Shown piece after piece: positions 1 through 6,702 of a stretch of 27,953 nucleotides of DNA. Position 1 is the stretch's first letter; every line of letters starts with the position of its first letter. The DNA is from Abditibacteriaceae bacterium. Lineage in GTDB: Bacteria > Armatimonadota > Abditibacteriia > Abditibacteriales > Abditibacteriaceae. The position numbers and the translations under genes are program-made. The stretch is from positions 1 through 27,953 of the forward strand of contig JANMKN010000306.1 of NCBI GenBank assembly GCA_031372065.1. Direction: 5' to 3'. The notes beneath the pieces are model-generated. The model was given only the letters and a program-made list of their open reading frames with translations. It did no database searches and was not told the DNA's origin.

Positions 1-72
1 GTCGCCGATATTGAATTCCCAATTTTGGAAATGCAAATCACCGACAATAAGTTGAAAATCAAGTGCGTTCAT
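1..72 (-). CDS. Phage hypothetical protein, N-terminus only (runs off window edge)
   Basis: ATG at 72 overlaps the TGA of the upstream gene (ATGA); reads MNALDFQLIVGDLHFQNWEFNIGD with no stop to position 1. Confidence 0.6.
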   Translation of the reverse strand, partial: MNALDFQLIVGDLHFQNWEFNIGD

Positions 73-362
73 AGTCTTTTCACCCCATAGCTCACCATTA
101 CGCCGCGCGTCAATTCCACCCATTGCCCACGCCCGCCGTGACGAAGCGCCTCGTGGCAGCGAGTAGCCAAATCAATGAGGTCATCCGGCAGGTCGACACG
201 CTTGATGAATTCGTTGCCGTGCGGCTTTGTCCCCGGCGCATCCGCATTGAGCCAATCGAATTCGATCTGATCGCCAGCGGCGTGATAACGCGCCTGACAG
301 ACAGTTCTTGCGCTCTTAGCCATATCTGGCAAAGCCTGTGTTAAAGCGTTGTTGGTTGTCAT
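69..362 (-). CDS. Phage hypothetical protein (~97 aa)
   Basis: Part of ORF 69..530; ATG at 362 (MTTNNALTQ...) avoids overlap with the upstream gene ending at 383; ATGA-coupled to the next gene. Confidence 0.6.
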   Translation of the reverse strand: MTTNNALTQALPDMAKSARTVCQARYHAAGDQIEFDWLNADAPGTKPHGNEFIKRVDLPDDLIDLATRCHEALRHGGRGQWVELTRGVMVSYGVKRL

Positions 363-382
363 TTGAAGTTTATTTCCGAGGT

Positions 383-757
383 TTATTTTTTCCGGCTCTG
401 CCGCTTTTGGGCGGCGGTTGTAGGAGCGATTTCTGAGCAGTTTCTTTGTTGCGCGTGCAAGGCTTCGGCAAGAGCAAAGGCGCGCATCAAGCCTGCCTGA
501 AAAACAGGATCTTGTCCCAGCGACACGCAAGCCGCGTTTGTCGTTTCATCATCCAGCAACCGACCCACTACGCACGTCGGCGCGCGATCAGCAGCACTTT
601 TAGGAACACTTGCGGGAACACCGTCGGGAACACTTTGAAGAGTGCCTTTGGCAGTGCCTTTGGCAGTGCCTCGCGGTTGTCGCAGGCTCTTTAAAGGAAG
701 AGTGCGTTTCCGAGATGCCGGTTTAGGGCTTTTGGGGGAGATTAGCTCAGTTGCCAC
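383..757 (-). CDS. Phage hypothetical protein with basic low-complexity N-terminus (GTAK and VP[D/A/K] tetrapeptide repeats)
   Basis: GTG start preceded by GAAGGA; fits operon spacing; 12-bp periodic repeats at 603-670 are in frame. Confidence 0.6.
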   Translation of the reverse strand: MATELISPKSPKPASRKRTLPLKSLRQPRGTAKGTAKGTLQSVPDGVPASVPKSAADRAPTCVVGRLLDDETTNAACVSLGQDPVFQAGLMRAFALAEALHAQQRNCSEIAPTTAAQKRQSRKK

Positions 758-794
758 AGTGAGTCCTTCAAGATGCGTATCAAATTACTTATCC

Positions 795-827
795 AGACGC
801 TAAAACGCCTCAAGACGCTAAGACGCC
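795..827. repeat. Intergenic direct repeat AGACGCTAA(A/G)ACGCC x2 (18-bp period)
   Basis: agacgctaaaacgcc at 795-809 and agacgctaagacgcc at 813-827; each copy has two A(G/A)ACGC(T/C) half-units. Confidence 0.7.
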
Positions 828-830
828 ATC

Positions 831-1085
831 TCAATCGCGCGGGCCAAGGCGCCGGTAAACCACGCAGCCACGCGCCACATCCACGCGCACCGAAACCGGC
901 ACCTCATCAATGGTTTTTATGTTTGGGTTCGCTTGAATCGGAAGCGGCGCCATAAAGCACTGCCACGCGAGCAGGCACGCAAAAAGCGGCGCGCAAATAA
1001 AAACGGCAGTCACCAGAAGATCGTCCCACCAGTGCCAGCGGAGCAAGTCATGCCAGACTTTCCAGAGGTTGATTATTTTCGTCAC
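831..1085 (-). CDS. Small phage membrane protein (~84 aa)
   Basis: GTG at 1085 overlaps the upstream TGA (GTGA); one hydrophobic segment LLVTAVFICAPLFACLLAW. Confidence 0.6.
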   Translation of the reverse strand: MTKIINLWKVWHDLLRWHWWDDLLVTAVFICAPLFACLLAWQCFMAPLPIQANPNIKTIDEVPVSVRVDVARGCVVYRRLGPRD

Positions 1086-1702
1086 TGGGCACCGCCTTTT
1101 AGCGCATCGAAATAGGCATCCCATTCGGTTTGCCCGTCTTCGTCGCCATCATGACAAGAACACTCGCACGCATCGCCTTGATGCACATCCTCTGGCCCAT
1201 CCATGCCGAGGCGAACAGAAAGGCACTCGACATCATCCCAGTGCGGGCAAGCGCACGGAGGACGCAGGCTCTGATGCCAACGGTAACGGCACCACTCAAC
1301 GATTTCCTCAATCGAAGTGCAAAGTTTGGATGCCATTTTATACATCAATTCCGGCTCACCATCGGCTAACAAAATAGCAGTTGGTTTGTTGGCGCCGATA
1401 GCGTAGCCCGCCTCCAAATGCGCGCTGCGTCCGCACGGCACCACCAAAACGCAGAGATCACAGCCTTCGAGCGCGTCCATATCCTTCTTGAAGCCAGCGC
1501 GGGCAATCGGATGACCTAAGCCGTCAATGAATTGATCTGGTGTCCAGTTCTTCCAATTTGGGTCACATTCCGTCCAATGGAAACCGTTATCGCCGGGCTG
1601 CGGCTGCTTAAAATCATAAACCTCGAAACCGGCTTCGCGCAAAGCAGAAACGACTTCGGGTTGTATTTGATTGCGCCATGAAGACGCGACGTAGATTTTC
1701 AC
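1082..1702 (-). CDS. Nucleoside 2-deoxyribosyltransferase-like (NDT/N-glycosidase fold) protein with Cys/His-rich acidic C-terminal extension
   Basis: KIYVASSWRN start, DMDALEGCDLCVLV and GRSAHLEAGYAIG (catalytic-Glu type motif); GGAGG RBS; GTGA coupling. Confidence 0.75.
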   Translation of the reverse strand: MKIYVASSWRNQIQPEVVSALREAGFEVYDFKQPQPGDNGFHWTECDPNWKNWTPDQFIDGLGHPIARAGFKKDMDALEGCDLCVLVVPCGRSAHLEAGYAIGANKPTAILLADGEPELMYKMASKLCTSIEEIVEWCRYRWHQSLRPPCACPHWDDVECLSVRLGMDGPEDVHQGDACECSCHDGDEDGQTEWDAYFDALKGGAQ

Positions 1703-2130
1703 TCGGCACCGCCTCCGTAAACGGGATACTCCGGCGCAGCGTCGCCCAAATCATCGGCGACGTCATAGGCCACATCGGTTAAATTGTCCAATTCAACAAT
1801 TTGGCTGTTCAAAAGCCGCATTCGGCGACATTCACTGGCCCGCTGCGCGGCGGCGCCCATGTTCTGAAATGACAGCAACGAGGCCACATCTTGAGCCTGC
1901 CGCGCATCGGAAAAGGTGATGCCCAGCAGACTGGCGATAGATTGCACTTCGCGGCGCAAAACGCGCTCTTGCCCTTCACCAGCGGCGCGGCGGCGATGAT
2001 ATTCGTTTTGAATGGCGAGGCTGTCAGCCGCGTTCAGTTCGTGGCGCTCGCCAAAAGCATGGCGTAGCGCACCAAGGACGCGCGCCTGTGCGGGCGTCGG
2101 GTTGGGGATGGTGCTAAGAATTCGTGACAT
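1699..2130 (-). CDS. Phage hypothetical protein (~143 aa)
   Basis: ATG at 2130 with GAGGAGG RBS right after the upstream stop; stop overlaps the next start. Confidence 0.7.
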   Translation of the reverse strand: MSRILSTIPNPTPAQARVLGALRHAFGERHELNAADSLAIQNEYHRRRAAGEGQERVLRREVQSIASLLGITFSDARQAQDVASLLSFQNMGAAAQRASECRRMRLLNSQIVELDNLTDVAYDVADDLGDAAPEYPVYGGGAE

Positions 2131-2131
2131 T

Positions 2132-2338
2132 TCAGCGCGCCTCCTCTTGATTCTTTTTCGGCCTGCCTCTTTTGGGCGGCGCGGGCGGCGGTTGATAGCC
2201 AAGTTTTACGGCGAGCGAGCGCTCTAATTTGCGCAAGGCGCTTTTTTCGCGCTGGTAAGCAGCATCAGCAGAAATGCCCAAAATATCTCCAACTTCGGCA
2301 TAACTGCGAACTGCTTGAAGATTTACAAAGCCTTTCAT
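2132..2338 (-). CDS. Small sigma70 region-4-like HTH protein with C-terminal AT-hook-like motif
   Basis: RSYAEVGDILGISADAAYQREKSALRKL matches the sigma r4/LuxR-type HTH pattern; tail PPKRGRPKK; ATG at 2338 with upstream AAGGA. Confidence 0.7.
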   Translation of the reverse strand: MKGFVNLQAVRSYAEVGDILGISADAAYQREKSALRKLERSLAVKLGYQPPPAPPKRGRPKKNQEEAR

Positions 2339-2379
2339 TTTGTTGGTTTGTGTCCTTTCTCCGTTTGGAGGAAAATAAT

Positions 2380-2434
2380 CATCGGTTTTGTCCGATGCCC
2401 GCGTCCTACTGCAAATAGGCACGGGTTTTTCTTT
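2380..2434 (+). terminator. Tandem hairpins followed by T-tract on + strand (antisense to the early operon); possible terminator/attenuator
   Basis: catcgg-ttttgt-ccgatg (2380-2397), then imperfect stem cccgcgtccta...taggcacggg (2398-2425) followed by tttttcttt. Confidence 0.4.
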
Positions 2435-2440
2435 GCCCGT

Positions 2441-2497
2441 TTAACGTCCGGGCCAGACGAGCACATGGTTTTTGTTATAGATGTCGCGCAGTGCCAT
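2441..2497 (-). CDS. Putative 18-aa peptide MALRDIYNKNHVLVWPGR
   Basis: Strong SD (CAGGAGGTG) immediately after the stop of the HTH gene; ATG at 2497, TAA at 2441-2443; below the ORF-track cutoff. Confidence 0.45.
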   Translation of the reverse strand: MALRDIYNKNHVLVWPGR

Positions 2498-2511
2498 CAG
2501 ACACCTCCTGT

Positions 2512-2739
2512 TTAGCCGCGATTGGCGGTCTCAACGGCCTCTTCAGCGCGCGCCATTGCCGGTTGCCGCGCGCCGCTCAAATACGCGTCAATATCCGCCT
2601 TGGCATAGCGCCACTGTTCACCGATGCGATAGCGGGCGATTTCGCCAGCATCGCCCAAGCGCGTCAGTGTTTGCACCGAAATATTTAAATATTTCGCGGT
2701 TGCGGCCTGTGTCCAAAGCTGCTCTTTTATTGGTTCCAT
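2512..2739 (-). CDS. Excisionase-family (HTH_17/MerR-like) DNA-binding protein in Cro position
   Basis: WTQAATAKYLNISVQTLTRLGDAGEIARYRIGEQWRYAKADIDAYL is a typical excisionase winged HTH; AAGGA RBS; first gene after the strong leftward promoter. Confidence 0.85.
   Translation of the reverse strand: MEPIKEQLWTQAATAKYLNISVQTLTRLGDAGEIARYRIGEQWRYAKADIDAYLSGARQPAMARAEEAVETANRG
2677..2696. promoter_or_regulatory. Perfect 20-bp palindrome inside the HTH gene, candidate secondary operator
   Basis: cgaaatatttaaatatttcg is its own reverse complement; shares the CGAA...TTCG frame with the palindrome at 2769-2788. Confidence 0.4.
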
Positions 2740-2768
2740 TGGCGTCCTTTTGAGGGGGTCTCACGTAA

Positions 2769-2788
2769 AAGGCGAATATATTCGCCTT
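2769..2788. promoter_or_regulatory. Perfect 20-bp palindrome, candidate repressor operator
   Basis: aaggcgaatatattcgcctt lies just downstream of the predicted leftward TSS (~2791), between the divergent regulators. Confidence 0.65.
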
Positions 2789-2797
2789 ATATATTTA

Positions 2798-2826
2798 ATT
2801 ATAGGGGTATACATTCCACTTGTCAA
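2798..2826 (-). promoter_or_regulatory. Consensus sigma70 promoter for the leftward early operon
   Basis: Minus strand TTGACA (2826-2821), 17-bp spacer, TATAAT (2803-2798): perfect consensus. Confidence 0.85.
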
Positions 2827-2896
2827 GAGATATAGGGCATGGATTAAAATATAATTATTGGTGAACAATGGGATTAAATACACGTTTAATGCCGTT

Positions 2897-3526
2897 ATGT
2901 TCCATCTGACTACAATGCCTGCAAAAGCGCCCGGTCGGGCACCTATATACGGGAAACCGCTAACCGAAAGCGTAAAGGTATTGTTTACGGAAGACCATCT
3001 GCCACTCCTTGAAAAGAGGGCGGGCGGTAAAGACATTTCAACGTGGATGCGACGCATAGCCTTGGGCGAGGAGGAAACGCCTGCTGTCATCATTAACGAT
3101 GGGCCTGCGCTGAACACGGTTCGTGTTCCCGATATTGGCATAGCGCCTTGCGGGCCCCTGACTGAGGTTATCGCGCAAACCAGCAGTTTTATTACGCTCA
3201 GCCGAGATGTTGCCAAGGTAATGCGCGCTGGCGAGGACGATGTCTTTGTCACAGCGCGCGGCGATTCGATGAAAGGCGAGGGAATTAAAGATGGCCAACT
3301 CGTTTTGATGGAACTCAGCAATCGCCCGGCTCGAAACGATATTGTTTTGGTTCATATTATCCGAGACGGCGAAATCTACGAAAGCCAGATTAAAAAGTGG
3401 GACGGCTTTCGAGGTAGCAATGCGCAGCCGACGCTTTTGGACGGCGACGGCAAGCCGGTAAAATTACCGGGGGACGCAAAAATAGAGTGCATTGCGATCG
3501 CAAAAAGCGTGATGGGTAGATTATAA
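2897..3526 (+). CDS. Prophage repressor with C-terminal S24 (LexA/CI/UmuD) autopeptidase domain and RHH-like N-terminus
   Basis: GIAPCG cleavage-site-like motif, ARGDSM (Ser) and QIKK (Lys); divergent from the Cro-like gene. Start uncertain (ATG 2897 or 2915). Confidence 0.8.
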   Translation: MFHLTTMPAKAPGRAPIYGKPLTESVKVLFTEDHLPLLEKRAGGKDISTWMRRIALGEEETPAVIINDGPALNTVRVPDIGIAPCGPLTEVIAQTSSFITLSRDVAKVMRAGEDDVFVTARGDSMKGEGIKDGQLVLMELSNRPARNDIVLVHIIRDGEIYESQIKKWDGFRGSNAQPTLLDGDGKPVKLPGDAKIECIAIAKSVMGRL

Positions 3527-3547
3527 AAATCAAGGAGAGGTAAAGAC

Positions 3548-3730
3548 ATGACAACCAAAACCATTAAAGCCACAACAAAAACAACGGACAAAACGCTCAA
3601 GGCGGCTTCCACAGTGGGGCAAAAGGGCCGCCCGGCTCCCGCTGGCCGTCCCAACGCTGGCCGTCCCAACAAGGCCGATAAAGCGATGACCGATGCGTGG
3701 AAGCTAATCGCCAAGCGGCAAAAAGATTAA
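3548..3730 (+). CDS. Small basic protein, putative antitoxin/partner of the PIN protein
   Basis: AAGGAGAGG RBS; TAATG overlap with the PIN gene; three GRP motifs. Confidence 0.7.
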   Translation: MTTKTIKATTKTTDKTLKAASTVGQKGRPAPAGRPNAGRPNKADKAMTDAWKLIAKRQKD

Positions 3731-4179
3731 TGTCAAGTGTCACTTTCGACACCAACATCTTCATTTCGCGCCCCATAATCGAGATTTATAAATTGCCTGA
3801 TGCTTTTTATATGTCCGTTGTCGTGTTGCAAGAACTGGTTGTTGGCGCGCAAGACGAAACGGAAATCAAAAAGCTCAGTGCAGCTCGCCATGCTTACGAA
3901 AAGGAGGGGCGTTTACTTGTGCCCGATGCCAGCGATTGGTGGGAAGTCGGCAAAATCATTAATCGGCTTCAAAGACAACGTAAATCACAAGCGGGCGGCT
4001 TGACTCCTAAATTGGCTGCTGATGAAAAATACCGAATTACCAGCGACGTGCTAATTGCCCGCACTTGCAAGCGCGCCGGGGTGACGATTGTAACCGACAA
4101 CACCAAAGACTTTGCTTTGATTAAAAATTATTGCAACGTGCGCACCGTAAGCGGTGATGATTATTTCGCCGCCTCGTGA
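3730..4179 (+). CDS. vapC: PIN-domain (VapC-like) ribonuclease toxin
   Basis: FDTNIFI, VVLQEL, SDVLIA, IVTDNTKDF carry the canonical PIN acidic residues; ATG at 3730. Confidence 0.85.
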   Translation: MSSVTFDTNIFISRPIIEIYKLPDAFYMSVVVLQELVVGAQDETEIKKLSAARHAYEKEGRLLVPDASDWWEVGKIINRLQRQRKSQAGGLTPKLAADEKYRITSDVLIARTCKRAGVTIVTDNTKDFALIKNYCNVRTVSGDDYFAAS

Positions 4180-4194
4180 GCGGGGCGCTGTGAC

Positions 4195-4530
4195 ATGAAA
4201 AACCATGCCGATGCCCTTATTAATATCCACGCTGAATTTTACGCGCCGCCGCAGCGCTGCTACGAAACCCGCGAATTGCGCCTGCGCCGCGCTCCCGAAT
4301 GTGGCGCGCTCTATCGTGTGGAAGTTACGGTTTGGGATTGGGATAAGCAAGAAACCATTGAATTTCTGATTTTTTATCACGACGGCCCATTTGAGCGCGG
4401 CGAATTAGACGAAAGCCGTAACGAGATTTTATTGCACGCGCGAGAAGCTATTGACGAATGGATGTTTCAAAATCGGGCGCGGCGTCCGCTGTGTAACTGG
4501 AAGCACCCGATAGTGATGGATTTTTCTTGA
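4195..4530 (+). CDS. Hypothetical protein (111 aa)
   Basis: Fills the gap between PIN and DUF4041 genes in the same orientation; no motif recognised. Confidence 0.6.
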   Translation: MKNHADALINIHAEFYAPPQRCYETRELRLRRAPECGALYRVEVTVWDWDKQETIEFLIFYHDGPFERGELDESRNEILLHAREAIDEWMFQNRARRPLCNWKHPIVMDFS

Positions 4531-4541
4531 AGGATGTTTTT

Positions 4542-6032
4542 ATGTCACAAACCGCTTTGATTGCTGCGATATTAGGACCTGCTTTAATTGTTGTCGCCTT
4601 CTTGCTTTGGCAGGTAAAAAAGTTTACGGTTCAGCTTAATGAGCAAAAAGCACTGAATTCTAAGTATCAAGGCATCATTGATGTTGAAGCCGAAAAACAG
4701 CGCATTCTCACCGAAAAAACAGCAGAAGTTGCTGAACTTGAGGCGAAGTTGGCGCGCATCAAGGAGGGCGGGAAGGAGTGGATCCAAAAATTCCAAGCCC
4801 AGAAGCAGAAAATGCAAGAGGATAGCGCTACGCGAATCCAGCAGGAAGGGCAAGAATTTGAGGCAAAAAAGCAGTTGAATGAAACTCAGATCGCCGAGAT
4901 TACTAACCGCTTACAACAACTCCGCGCTGAATTAGAGCCACTTGAGGAAAAGGAGAGCATTCGGTCTTTTGGTTTCTATGAGCCGCGCTATGATTTTTCA
5001 AGCTCAAGCGCTTATCAATCAAGGTTAGATAGCGTCAGAACAGGGCAAAAGCAACTGGTAAAAACCAATGTGGCCGCAGTCTGCCCCGTTGAGTGGGAGG
5101 TCGCTGGCAGCAAGGTAGAAGGTCGTAAAATGGTAAGCCGCACCCTTAAATTGATGCTTCGTGCTTTTAATGGTGAGTGCGACGCGGCAACGGCAAAAGT
5201 GAAATACAACAACGTTCATATTATGGAGGGGCGCATTAATAAAGCGTGGAGCGCAATCAACGAATTAAACCGCTCTTTGCAATGCACTATCTCTTCGGAG
5301 TATTTGAATTTAAAGCTTCAAGAACTTTATCTTGTTCACGAGTATCAAGAAAAGGTGCAGGCCGAAAAGGAAGAACAGCGCCGCATCCGCGAGGAAATGC
5401 GCGAAGAGGAAATTGCCCGCCGAGAATTGGAACGCGCCCAACAGGAAGCCGAGCGCGAAGAAACACGCTACGAGGATATGCTCACCAAAGCCAAGGCTGA
5501 AGCGGAACGTTCTGTGGGAGCCAAGCAGGAGAAATTGCAGTGGCAGATTGAGGAATTGGAGCGCCGGTTAGCCGAGGCCCATGAAAAGAAAGAGCGCGCC
5601 ATAGCGCAGGCCCAACTGACTAAATCGGGTCACGTTTACGTTATTTCCAATGTCGGCTCCTTTGGCGAAGATGTTTATAAAATTGGCATGACGCGCCGCC
5701 TTGACCCTCTGGATCGGGTGCGAGAACTCGGTGATGCATCTGTGCCGTTTCTCTTCGATGTTCATGCCATTATTTACTCTACCGATGCCCCAGCGCTCGA
5801 AGCGGCCCTGCATCGCAAATTCCAGCATCGCCGAGTCAATCGCATTAATGAGCGCAAGGAGTTTTTCAGGGTAACAATTGATGAAATTGCCGAGGTCGTC
5901 AAACAGCATCATGGCGAAATTGACATTATTCACGATGCCGAGGCCGTTGAATATCGAAAGACAGTGGCGATGTTACAAGAAATGCAAACGGTCAACGGCA
6001 CCTTGTCTAATTCAGTCATGCAGGTTACCTAA
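4542..6032 (+). CDS. N-terminal TM + coiled coil + DUF4041 + T5orf172/MUG113 GIY-YIG nuclease; SNIPE (PD-lambda-1)-like anti-phage protein
   Basis: TM LIAAILGPALIVVAFLLW; LMLRAFNGECDAA..KVKYNN (DUF4041-like); GHVYVISNVGSFGEDVYKIGMTRRL.P.DRVRELGDASVPF.FDVHA and RKEFF (GIY-YIG/T5orf172); ATG 4542 with GAAGGA. Confidence 0.88.
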   Translation: MSQTALIAAILGPALIVVAFLLWQVKKFTVQLNEQKALNSKYQGIIDVEAEKQRILTEKTAEVAELEAKLARIKEGGKEWIQKFQAQKQKMQEDSATRIQQEGQEFEAKKQLNETQIAEITNRLQQLRAELEPLEEKESIRSFGFYEPRYDFSSSSAYQSRLDSVRTGQKQLVKTNVAAVCPVEWEVAGSKVEGRKMVSRTLKLMLRAFNGECDAATAKVKYNNVHIMEGRINKAWSAINELNRSLQCTISSEYLNLKLQELYLVHEYQEKVQAEKEEQRRIREEMREEEIARRELERAQQEAEREETRYEDMLTKAKAEAERSVGAKQEKLQWQIEELERRLAEAHEKKERAIAQAQLTKSGHVYVISNVGSFGEDVYKIGMTRRLDPLDRVRELGDASVPFLFDVHAIIYSTDAPALEAALHRKFQHRRVNRINERKEFFRVTIDEIAEVVKQHHGEIDIIHDAEAVEYRKTVAMLQEMQTVNGTLSNSVMQVT

Positions 6033-6256
6033 TGAAACCGCCGATTCCTGATCCGCACGATGGCGACAAGCGCTCACTGCCCGACGTGCTAATGCCGTTT
6101 TTGCTGCGTTACTGGTGGGTATGGATGCCTGCTGTTTATGGTGCAGGCTTCATCTGGCAGTATTTGCATCGGGTCGGCTGGGTGCCGGTTGGTTTGTCGT
6201 TTGGCGTGTCGTTTGGTTTGTCGTTTGGCGTGTCGGTGCTGGGGAGTCGAATTTGA
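6032..6256 (+). CDS. Small membrane protein (74 aa) with G[L/V]SF repeats
   Basis: TAATG overlap with the nuclease gene; two hydrophobic stretches; 12-bp periodic repeats encode GLSFGVSFGLSFGVS. Confidence 0.55.
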   Translation: MKPPIPDPHDGDKRSLPDVLMPFLLRYWWVWMPAVYGAGFIWQYLHRVGWVPVGLSFGVSFGLSFGVSVLGSRI

Positions 6257-6270
6257 AAGGAGGAGATTAC

Positions 6271-6570
6271 TTGGAGAAGAAGGGACGCAAATTCAAAATC
6301 TTTGGGAATTATCTCTCATTCGAACCGCGATTGGCTTTTGTTGTGACCGAAGAAACCTCAGTTGGTCTTTGGGAACCGATTTTGTTTGATGTTGGCAGCG
6401 GTCCAAAGCGGAAGGAAAATACAGACCGAATCGCGTTAGATCAGGATATTCAGGACTTCCTGAAAAGCGAAGGACTGACGCGTTTCGCTTTTACAGACAT
6501 GGATGATCACCATGTTTTTATTGAAGTCTTCCCAAAACTATCGTCGCGAAGACGATACCCCATCGGCTAA
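6271..6570 (+). CDS. Hypothetical protein (~99 aa)
   Basis: TTG start at 6271 preceded by AAAGGAGGAG; in frame with ORF 6115..6570. Confidence 0.65.
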   Translation: MEKKGRKFKIFGNYLSFEPRLAFVVTEETSVGLWEPILFDVGSGPKRKENTDRIALDQDIQDFLKSEGLTRFAFTDMDDHHVFIEVFPKLSSRRRYPIG

Positions 6571-6702
6571 CCACAAACATCTCAAATTAATGAGAAGGAG
6601 CCGTGTTAAACCGACGCGAATATTTTTGCGCAATTTGGCAAAGGGATGATTCATCGCATTTTGCTGAACTACTCTCAATCGTAGTAAAAAAGGAATTTCA
6701 AA

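Noticed and set aside
603..670. 12-bp repeats as replication-origin iterons
   Set aside because: They are in frame within a CDS, explained by tetrapeptide repeats, with no AT-rich unwinding region or recognisable initiator.
2757..2772. parS-like sequence (ggtctcacgtaaaagg)
   Set aside because: Only 11 of 16 positions match TGTTTCACGTGAAACA and it is not palindromic.
2761..3321. 186-aa minus-strand ORF and other long antisense ORFs (e.g. 17201-17869, 13639-14172)
   Set aside because: Shadow frames opposite well-supported genes, with no recognisable motifs.
6190..6237. TGTCGTTTGG repeats as a regulatory array
   Set aside because: Most simply explained as coding repeats of the 74-aa membrane ORF; a DNA-level role cannot be excluded but has no support.
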